Made by a program: the position numbers and the translations under genes
Origin: a virus
Lineage: Duplodnaviria > Caudoviricetes
Reading direction: 5' to 3' (one strand)
Length of the DNA: 29,261 bases
Virus record (IMG/VR): IMGVR_UViG_3300044261_000004
Location: 1-29,261 of that record
The notes under the pieces: generated by a model
Databases searched by the model: none
Told to the model about the DNA's origin: nothing
Seen by the model: only the letters and a program-made list of their open reading frames with translations
Shown here: positions 1 through 5,909 of the stretch, in pieces
Numbering within the stretch: the stretch's first letter is position 1
Layout: each line of letters begins with the position of its first letter

Positions 1-822
1 TATGCAATCCGGCTCTTCCTGCTTCCCGCCCCCTTGCTCTTTTTCCTTGTTGCGCCAGACAATAATCACATTCTCAGCCATGTCTGCTATTTCACTTCCG
101 CCCTTAACATCATGTAGACCGCCAATTGCATTGTCTGAATTACCTTTACGCATGTGCGCGACAAGATGAATATGCGATTTTGAACGATGCGCGACTTGCT
201 GGACAGCATCAACTAGATGCTTCTGTCTAGCGTAATCGTCAGGCGCTATTCCGCACTTCATCAGGCTATCAATTAAAACGTGGTCAACGCCCAGCTTATC
301 GACAGCGTAACGGCACAGCGCAGGTACTTCATTAGGCTTTAGGCTAGATTGCTGGTCATATAGCCACAGTTGGTCATTGATTGCGTCTAGAAACTCATTA
401 GCCAAATTTCTAGACTGATTACGCACCCCGAATGATTGAATCAACATCCGATGTAAAACACGATGAGGGGGAAATTCCGGTGAAATAATGAAAGCCTTTT
501 TTCCGTCAGTAATGAACTTCTCGAATACTTGCGAAATTACCAAAGACTTTCCATGACCCTTGTATCCAGCCCATACGGTCAATTCTGATTCCCTAAACTC
601 AAAATTACGACCAAATGACTCCCACGGCATCGAATGTCCACGCTCTCCGCCTGTTTCAATAAGTTCAAGTAGCTTTTCACGATATGCGCTCGCCTTTTTA
701 ATCCGGTGGATATTTTCTTCATCCATGAATGCGCTTAAATCAATCGAATCTGGAACCATGTTAGAAAAGCTCAAAATGGCACTTTCTAGCTGCTCTTTCC
801 CTTTTTCCTCCCTGCTACTCAT
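1..822 (-). CDS. DnaB/T7 gp4-like SF4 replicative helicase, 3'-truncated by the window edge
   Basis: Hand translation from ATG at 822 (ATGA overlap with the upstream stop): MSSREEKGKEQLES... Walker A ELTVWAGYKGHGKS, FIISPE, Walker B HVLIDSL, HIHLVAHMRK, DVKGGSEIADMAENVIIVWR. The frame is open to position 1, so it is missing from the ORF track. Confidence 0.9.
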   Translation of the reverse strand, partial: MSSREEKGKEQLESAILSFSNMVPDSIDLSAFMDEENIHRIKKASAYREKLLELIETGGERGHSMPWESFGRNFEFRESELTVWAGYKGHGKSLVISQVFEKFITDGKKAFIISPEFPPHRVLHRMLIQSFGVRNQSRNLANEFLDAINDQLWLYDQQSSLKPNEVPALCRYAVDKLGVDHVLIDSLMKCGIAPDDYARQKHLVDAVQQVAHRSKSHIHLVAHMRKGNSDNAIGGLHDVKGGSEIADMAENVIIVWRNKEKEQGGGKQEEPDCI

Positions 823-1244
823 TTTCCTCCCCCAGATAGCTGTACAGCCATCGTAATTCGGCCTATAACGCGCGCAAAGTCTAAAGTCTCATCAGGCGTT
901 AATCGTTTACCCCGCTGAATGTCTTTCGCCACCATAAGCGCGTAAGTTAAATCCGACCTAACAGCGCAAAGTACATCCATCGCATTAAACGGCCTTCTTT
1001 CACCCTTTTTTTTGATATACCCGACATTCTCAGGCATCAAATCTTTCATTTCCAAACCGATAGCGGAAAGAACCTCATCGGCAGAGCATCCGCCAAAGCA
1101 GTGAATTAAAATCCTTCCGTCATCCTTTTCCGAAATTGTCAGGCTTGGCGATCTATCATCATGCGCACTGCAACACGCCATGTAATCCTTTCCGCGCTTT
1201 TGAACTTTATGCAACCTAGAGAGTAAATTGTCTAGATTCGCCAT
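819..1244 (-). CDS. CHC2 zinc-finger (primase zinc-binding domain-like) protein
   Basis: CSAHDDRSPSL...IHCFGGC matches the DnaG-type CxxH...CxxC zinc-binding domain; no TOPRIM domain; lies between initiator and helicase. Confidence 0.8.
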   Translation of the reverse strand: MANLDNLLSRLHKVQKRGKDYMACCSAHDDRSPSLTISEKDDGRILIHCFGGCSADEVLSAIGLEMKDLMPENVGYIKKKGERRPFNAMDVLCAVRSDLTYALMVAKDIQRGKRLTPDETLDFARVIGRITMAVQLSGGGK

Positions 1245-1969
1245 TATTTACCCCTCATGAATTCTTCAAGGTTGAAAATTGTATTTTTTGACTCTGTAAT
1301 TTCATCCTCCCATCCTCTAGCGTTAAGCCAACTTGAAGGATGTGGAATAAATTGACCGTTATCTTTAATCCATTCCGGTGATTCTTTTGCCGCTATCAAT
1401 CCAGACTTAATCGCCGGATACTCTGTTGGTTTTATTTTTTTGAATGCCCTAAAAGCCGCACCCTTGTTTTTTTTGTTCGGATACATACTCCAAAAAGTTA
1501 AAAATGATTGAGAGTAAATTATCCCGGCATCGCCAGATGCCGAAGAGTTATTATCATTCTTTAATTCTTTAATTCTTTCTTTAGTGGTCGTTTGCTGGTC
1601 GTTTGCTGGTCGTTTGCTGGTCGATGTGCTGGTCGTTTTCTGGTCGCAATCTTGATATTTATCATAGTTTACAATGGTATATATGCTATATCTGCTGGTC
1701 GTTTGCTGGTCGATTATTTGCAATTCTATCAATCGAGACAAGGAAGTTCGAATTTCTCTTTCTGTTTGCTTCAAATCTGCCGAAAGTTGAGCCCTCCCAG
1801 AGATATATTGACCTCTTTTTAATTCAACTATTCCGGCAGAAGTTCCTACCCTGCAATCTTTGTGCATTGCCTTAGAAAGAAGAAACATAAACATAGCCAA
1901 AGTATTTGGCATTTGATACAGGCCAGAATCCTCTATTTTTCTCCATACCTTAAAATATCCGCGGTGCAT
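1244..1969 (-). CDS. Phage replication initiator (lambda O/DnaD-like architecture)
   Basis: N-terminal GYFKVWRKI...LKRGQYISGR...YTIVNYDKYQ wHTH-like region, central low-complexity linker carrying iterons, C-terminal FLTFWSMYP.K..K..A...FIPHPSSWLN.RGWEDE typical of phage replisome organisers. Confidence 0.85.
   Translation of the reverse strand: MHRGYFKVWRKIEDSGLYQMPNTLAMFMFLLSKAMHKDCRVGTSAGIVELKRGQYISGRAQLSADLKQTEREIRTSLSRLIELQIIDQQTTSRYSIYTIVNYDKYQDCDQKTTSTSTSKRPANDQQTTTKERIKELKNDNNSSASGDAGIIYSQSFLTFWSMYPNKKNKGAAFRAFKKIKPTEYPAIKSGLIAAKESPEWIKDNGQFIPHPSSWLNARGWEDEITESKNTIFNLEEFMRGK
1545..1712. repeat. Putative replication origin: 11-12 bp iterons (GTTTGCTGGTC) plus AT-rich tract inside the initiator gene
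   Basis: TGGTCG cores at 1585, 1596, 1607, 1618, 1630, 1641, 1696 and 1707; AT-rich TTCTTTAA repeats at ~1545-1584; same arrangement as lambda ori within O. Confidence 0.75.
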
Positions 1970-2123
1970 GTCAATTCTCTTTGTGGTGCAGGCTGGGTAA
2001 TGAATCCAGCGGATTAAAAGCCGACACGGAGCATGGGCGTTTAACCCTTACTGCACCACAAAGAAAACTAATATTTGGCATTTGACACTCCGAGTTTGGC
2101 TGTCAGGTCATTACGCTGACAGG
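1970..2123 (-). ncRNA. Structured 5' leader RNA (leader A) of the replication initiator
   Basis: 5' hairpin 2100-2122; perfect 14-bp stem 1978-1991/2051-2064 enclosing two hairpins whose loops are complementary to the upstream loop and linker; G-U pairs fit the minus strand. Confidence 0.7.
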
Positions 2124-2126
2124 TTG

Positions 2127-2154
2127 ATTATACTAATAATACTTTAACTTGCAA
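2127..2154 (-). promoter_or_regulatory. sigma70-type promoter for leader A and the initiator
   Basis: TTGCAA (2154-2149), 16 nt, TATAAT (2132-2127). Confidence 0.7.
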
Positions 2155-2272
2155 TAGCCTTTTTCAATTCGGCGCAAAGCGATAAAATAGCCTCGCGCTT
2201 GTATTGCTGCTGCACCAATGGGATTAGCTTTGAAACTCTAAGTGCTGTTGCGAATTTTGGATTTTGCATCAT
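2144..2272 (-). CDS. Small hypothetical protein (42 aa)
   Basis: MMQNPKFATALRVSKLIPLVQQQYKREAILSLCAELKKAIAS with AAAGGAG RBS; below the ORF-track size cut-off. Confidence 0.6.
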   Translation of the reverse strand: MMQNPKFATALRVSKLIPLVQQQYKREAILSLCAELKKAIAS

Positions 2273-2430
2273 ATCAACTCCTTTCAGTCTGGCGGCGCAG
2301 GAACGACCCGCACAGATTCGCACTAACCCAAAGGCAAGGGTGCGAATCTACTTCGCCAGACTGAAAAAAGCTGATTGTTTGCAATTTGAATCCTTTGATT
2401 GACTTGCCGGAATCGTTAGCTCCGACAGGC
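2273..2430 (-). ncRNA. Structured 5' leader RNA (leader B)
   Basis: 5' hairpin 2405-2427; perfect 13-bp stem 2282-2294/2354-2366 enclosing a 10-bp hairpin (2314-2349) and a shorter one (2295-2313); loops complementary to upstream elements. Confidence 0.7.
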
Positions 2431-2433
2431 TGA

Positions 2434-2463
2434 ACATTAACCGAAAACATAACATCCGGTCAA
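2434..2463 (-). promoter_or_regulatory. Possible promoter for leader B
   Basis: TTGACC, 18 nt, TAATGT just upstream of the leader B 5' hairpin; weak -10. Confidence 0.4.
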
Positions 2464-2481
2464 TATGTAAATGGTGGGCGG

Positions 2482-2652
2482 CTAACCAGTCAATCCGGCT
2501 TCCTTTTCAGCCTGCTTCAACTGTTGAGAAATTCGCGCAGTGGATACGCCGCCAAACATATCGGCAAGCTCCTGCAATGTGTGCTTTTTGCGCAACCTTA
2601 AAATCTTTGCGCGCTTCGCCTTTGCTGCTTTTATTTCGTCTTTTTTCTTCAT
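2482..2652 (-). CDS. Small basic helix-turn-helix regulator (Cro-like), 56 aa
   Basis: TLQELADMFGGVSTARISQQL HTH motif; start moved to ATG 2652 because of the GAGGTG RBS and the promoter at 2680-2707. Confidence 0.8.
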   Translation of the reverse strand: MKKKDEIKAAKAKRAKILRLRKKHTLQELADMFGGVSTARISQQLKQAEKEAGLTG

Positions 2653-2679
2653 GTTCACCTCGTTTGATTTCTGCCGATG

Positions 2680-2707
2680 ATTATACATACATAAAATAAT
2701 TTCGCAA
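2680..2707 (-). promoter_or_regulatory. Leftward early promoter
   Basis: TTGCGA, 16 nt, TATAAT upstream of the HTH gene. Confidence 0.75.
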
Positions 2708-2723
2708 CCGCTTGCCAAACCCC

Positions 2724-2751
2724 TTGCATGAAAATAAAATATGTGTAGAAT
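2724..2751 (+). promoter_or_regulatory. Rightward early promoter (divergent)
   Basis: TTGCAT, 16 nt, TAGAAT; coincides with the switch in gene orientation. Confidence 0.75.
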
Positions 2752-2757
2752 GGCAAC

Positions 2758-3230
2758 CACTCCGAAACAAAACGCAATAGCGGGAAGTTGGAGAGTGAAA
2801 CAAAACCCTGCCACACGGCAATGTTGTAGCTAGTGCGTGGCTGTAGCGTGGAACTTAGGTAAGCCGCAAGGGGCGCGAATGCAACAAGGTAGAACGTAAC
2901 TTGCAAGACGGTTTGTGTTGTTGCTGCAAATGCTGGTCGAATGCTTGACCGTTCCATTAGGTAAGATCGAAGGTCGTTAATATCGCCGCCAGCACCTAAC
3001 AAATAGAAGTCAGCAGTAAATTGGCGCGGCGTTGAAGGAAACGCAACGAAAGTAACGCAAGATGGCCCCGGAGTAAGCTTGCCGAAACGGAATAAGCTAC
3101 GTTAGCTGGTATCAAGCCCAGCCGCCAACTTACTGCTGATTTACAGTTATCAGCAGTAAACCGAGCGAGACGCATTGCAGGTGTAGTGCGTAGCGTTTAT
3201 CCAGCGGCTCGGCGCTGCGGTAAACCGAAC
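2758..3230 (+). ncRNA. Long multi-domain structured noncoding leader of the rightward operon
   Basis: No credible plus-strand ORF; successive stems (CACTC/GAGTG, TGCC/GGCA, TGTTGTA/TGCAACA, TGCTGG/CCAGCA, 3007-3142 long stem, CCGAGC/GCTCGG). Confidence 0.6.
3021..3128 (+). ncRNA. tRNA-like RNA with expanded central arm
   Basis: Acceptor-like TTGGCG/CGCCAA, D-arm-like GCGT-TGAAGGAA-ACGC, T-arm-like GCTGG-TATCAAGC-CCAGC; the anticodon arm is replaced by ~60 nt of nested stems; no encoded CCA after the stem. Confidence 0.55.
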
Positions 3231-3254
3231 AAATTTTAACAAAGGAGAAATAAA

Positions 3255-3662
3255 TTGATTAAGATCGACGGAAAAATATTTGCAAATATGGAATTTGCGA
3301 TGCCGTTTTTTAAAGCGGCGCTGAAAGTGGAAATTTCGCATGAAAAAGAAATTACCGCCATCCCCGCGCTTGATGCCGCGACGGTCGTTCGGCTGTATAA
3401 CTTGCCGTTGGTCACCGCCATCCCCGCGCTTGATGCCGCGACGGTCGTTTGGCTGTATAACTTGCCGTTGGTCACCGCCATCCCCGCGCTTGATGCCGCG
3501 ACGGACGTTTGGCTGGATAACTTGCCGTTGGTCACCGCCATCCCCGCGCTTGATGCCGCGACGGTCGTTCGGCTGGATAACTTGCCGTTGGTCACCGCCA
3601 TCCCCGCGCTTGATGCCGCGACGGACGTTCGGCTGTATAACTTGCCGTTGGTGAAGAAATAA
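3255..3662 (+). CDS. LRR-like tandem-repeat protein (5 x 20 aa) with variable beta-strand residues
   Basis: AAGGAG RBS at 3242-3247, TTG start; unit TAIPALDAAT[V/D]V[R/W]L[Y/D]NLPLV fits the hydrophobic spacing of a 20-residue LRR. Confidence 0.75.
   Translation: MIKIDGKIFANMEFAMPFFKAALKVEISHEKEITAIPALDAATVVRLYNLPLVTAIPALDAATVVWLYNLPLVTAIPALDAATDVWLDNLPLVTAIPALDAATVVRLDNLPLVTAIPALDAATDVRLYNLPLVKK
3354..3652 (+). repeat. Five 60-bp tandem repeats
   Basis: Directly visible; units differ only at 3385, 3390 and 3396 (+60n). Confidence 0.98.
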
Positions 3663-3663
3663 A

Positions 3664-3858
3664 ATGTCGCATCCAGTAGGTGCATTTATACACAATCGCG
3701 GAAGAGGCGAGCCAATGCGCGAGCATCAAGATAACTTGCATAGTTATCAAAATCGCAGCTTGCAGCGCATTATCGACATACTGAAAGATGCTCGCCGTAT
3801 TGTTGAAAATCACAACGCAAAACCGATGGCGATTAATTCGCCAGACCGAGGAGAATGA
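3664..3858 (+). CDS. Hypothetical protein
   Basis: Tightly packed after the repeat gene; alternative start at ATG 3715. Confidence 0.55.
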   Translation: MSHPVGAFIHNRGRGEPMREHQDNLHSYQNRSLQRIIDILKDARRIVENHNAKPMAINSPDRGE

Positions 3859-3861
3859 ACG

Positions 3862-4008
3862 ATGAAAAAGTGGTTAGAAAAAAAGAAGTTTCAATGGGCG
3901 CTGAAAATAATTACCAATGCAGGATTAACTCCATGCGAGATTATCCATCGCTCAGGTACTTACTATATCCGCGCTTCCGATGGTTCATTGCGCAAGATTG
4001 GGAGATGA
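3862..4008 (+). CDS. Small hypothetical protein (48 aa)
   Basis: MKKWLEKKKFQWALKIITNAG...; GAGGAG RBS upstream; hand-translated. Confidence 0.6.
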   Translation: MKKWLEKKKFQWALKIITNAGLTPCEIIHRSGTYYIRASDGSLRKIGR

Positions 4009-4009
4009 T

Positions 4010-4156
4010 ATGAGATCATATTTAGTAACATTCACTAGCCGCGATGGAACACATCACCGATTCCACCCCATTGCGCACGACATACTCGAAGCGCTTAGAA
4101 TTTCGCTACAGGGCGAGACGGAAGCGCCTATTCGTATTAAGGTTGAGGCTGCATGA
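4010..4156 (+). CDS. Small hypothetical protein (48 aa)
   Basis: MRSYLVTFTSRDGTHHRFHP...KVEAA; GGAG RBS; 1 nt after the previous stop. Confidence 0.6.
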   Translation: MRSYLVTFTSRDGTHHRFHPIAHDILEALRISLQGETEAPIRIKVEAA

Positions 4157-4181
4157 CGCATACAAAAGACCCGAATTCCTC

Positions 4182-4209
4182 TTGCAATCGCGGCTAGTTT
4201 TGGTATGAT
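4182..4209 (+). promoter_or_regulatory. Promoter for leader C and the nuclease gene
   Basis: TTGCAA, 16 nt, extended -10 TGgTATGAT. Confidence 0.7.
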
Positions 4210-4215
4210 TCGGCT

Positions 4216-4315
4216 ATCTCTTGGACGAGATTAAACAGTAAGGCTTCACATGCTGACTGGCGGTTACTGACCGTTCGTCCAACCCGAAAGGGAGTCAGCA
4301 GGTGAAGCCTTTTTA
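4216..4315 (+). ncRNA. Structured 5' leader RNA (leader C), ending in a terminator-like U tract
   Basis: Hairpin 4216-4231; stem 4240-4258/4293-4311 (18 of 19 paired) enclosing two hairpins; followed by TTTTT. Confidence 0.7.
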
Positions 4316-4326
4316 TTTGGCGAATT

Positions 4327-5010
4327 ATGAACAAGGATAAGCTACCAGCATTTTTAGCGTTGCTTAAGATGGATTTGAGCAAGCTGCCTGACGAGGCATT
4401 AAAGTCTATTTCAATATCTATTCTACGGGAAAGACAGTCAAGAATAGAAGATTCAATAGACGTATGTTTAGAGTTGAAGAATTTTGAAAAAAACAATTCA
4501 AAATTTTTTGCTAACCGTCCAAAATCGCATGACAAGTTTAATGAAAAATGGCTTTCATATTTGACTGATTTGTTAATGCAAGACTGGTCTAGTCTATTTT
4601 CAGGCGATGAAAAGAAAAAGTATTACGTTTATTTTCATGTCACGCCGGGACGTAAAAAAATATCATTTGCAAATGATAGTGTTCCATTTGAGCTAAATGG
4701 AATCCCTTTTTATGTTGGGAAAGGTACTGGAAGCCGAGCTTTTGATTTAAATAGAAATCAGGGGCACGGTGCAATTTTAAAGCAGCTTAAAAGCAAAAAT
4801 TTCCTACCCGATGACATTGTTTACATCATAAAAGATGGGCTTACAGAATCTGAAGCGTTAGAAATTGAATCAAAATTTATTTATTTTTTTGGCACAAAGT
4901 ACGAAAAAGGTAGAAAGGGGATTCTAGTTAATTTAGATATACCAAAAAAACCAGATTTGCAACATCAACTAAAGCACTCAAAGATAAATTATAAAAAAGG
5001 CATTCTTTAA
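4327..5010 (+). CDS. GIY-YIG superfamily (LEM-3-like) endonuclease
   Basis: YYVYFH...PFYVGKGTGSRAF...LTESEALEIESKFI...LVN motif set; visibly more AT-rich than its neighbours. Confidence 0.8.
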   Translation: MNKDKLPAFLALLKMDLSKLPDEALKSISISILRERQSRIEDSIDVCLELKNFEKNNSKFFANRPKSHDKFNEKWLSYLTDLLMQDWSSLFSGDEKKKYYVYFHVTPGRKKISFANDSVPFELNGIPFYVGKGTGSRAFDLNRNQGHGAILKQLKSKNFLPDDIVYIIKDGLTESEALEIESKFIYFFGTKYEKGRKGILVNLDIPKKPDLQHQLKHSKINYKKGIL

Positions 5011-5043
5011 ATTTAGTAGCTAAACCAATAAGGGGAAACAAAA

Positions 5044-5211
5044 TTGAGCCGAATGGCAGAACAATATCAAGAGCAACAAGATCAGGAAAACGAGTCTGGA
5101 TTAGATTTATCGGAAGCGTGGGAATTTGAGCAACAAATAGAATCCGATGCGCGGGATACGGCGCTAACAGCTTGTGTGACTGATTCGCACTTAAACTTAA
5201 AGGAGTATTAA
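5044..5211 (+). CDS. Small acidic hypothetical protein (55 aa)
   Basis: TTG start after AAGGGG; MSRMAEQYQEQQDQENESGLDLSEAWEFEQQIESD...; stop 1 nt before the next ATG. Confidence 0.55.
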   Translation: MSRMAEQYQEQQDQENESGLDLSEAWEFEQQIESDARDTALTACVTDSHLNLKEY

Positions 5212-5212
5212 C

Positions 5213-5860
5213 ATGGCTTTTATTGCAACCGATACAGGTGGTAGCGGATTTAAAACAGTGCCAGCAGGCGTATTTATTGGACGCTGTTATGAGCTGATTG
5301 ACCTTGGAACACAAACCAATGAAACTGGTATGTATGCAGGAAAATCTGACCACAAGATCAAGATCGGATTCGAGTTATTTGGCGATGACGAAGACGGTAA
5401 TCCGCTAACAATTGAGGTTGACGGTAAAGAAATGCCGCTAACCATCACTAAGGATTACACAGTAAGTTTGCATGAAAAAGCAAATCTTCGAAAAGAACTT
5501 GCAGCATGGCGTGGAAAAGACTTTACAGAAGAAGAAGCAAAAGGCTTCGATGTATCTAAATTAATCGGCGCTTATGCAATGGTTAATGTGACGCACAAAA
5601 CTAATGCGCAAGGTAAAACCCGCGCAAACATTAGCGGATTGTCGCCATTGCCCAGCGCATTGAAAAATTCCAAACCAGCGCCAGTACATAAAAACCGGAT
5701 TTTTGATTTAGACAGTCCTGATATGGATATGTTTGATACGTTCTATGACTATTTAAAAGAGACGATCAAAAAATCCCCTGAGTGGAAACAGAAAATCGGG
5801 ATTAATCCAGACGCAGAACCATCAAAACAAGACCCATTTGATGATGATGTAGCATTCTAA
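5213..5860 (+). CDS. Putative single-stranded DNA-binding protein
   Basis: VPAGVFIGRCYELIDLGTQ N-terminus and acidic-aromatic tail DPFDDDVAF resembling the SSB tail; next to an exonuclease; AAGGAG RBS. Confidence 0.7.
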   Translation: MAFIATDTGGSGFKTVPAGVFIGRCYELIDLGTQTNETGMYAGKSDHKIKIGFELFGDDEDGNPLTIEVDGKEMPLTITKDYTVSLHEKANLRKELAAWRGKDFTEEEAKGFDVSKLIGAYAMVNVTHKTNAQGKTRANISGLSPLPSALKNSKPAPVHKNRIFDLDSPDMDMFDTFYDYLKETIKKSPEWKQKIGINPDAEPSKQDPFDDDVAF

Positions 5861-5909
5861 CAACAAATGCGGGCGGTTTAGGCCGCCCACTAATTCAAAG
5901 GGGAATACA

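Noticed and set aside
2653-3002. Minus-strand ORF 2655-3002 and the long N-terminal extension of 2482-2814
   Set aside because: They cross the divergent promoters and structured RNA, lack a convincing RBS and show no recognisable motifs.
3354-3652. CRISPR array
   Set aside because: Units are contiguous with no unique spacers, the period is an in-frame 60 bp, and no cas genes are present.
3354-3652. Canonical DGR
   Set aside because: No reverse transcriptase, avd-like gene or separate template/variable repeat pair is in the window, and the variation is not at sense-strand adenines.
3150-3695. Alternative-frame ORFs over the repeat (3150-3695 minus, 3236-3685 minus, 3340-3654 plus)
   Set aside because: They are open only because the repeat unit lacks stops; the 3255 frame has the strong RBS and fits the operon.
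4216-5010. Group I intron around the GIY-YIG gene
   Set aside because: No recognisable P7 core and no interrupted exons that rejoin in frame; the cassette has its own promoter.
5871-5888. Hairpin GGGCGG-TTTAGG-CCGCCC as a terminator
   Set aside because: No U tract follows; it may be a stabilising or pause hairpin.
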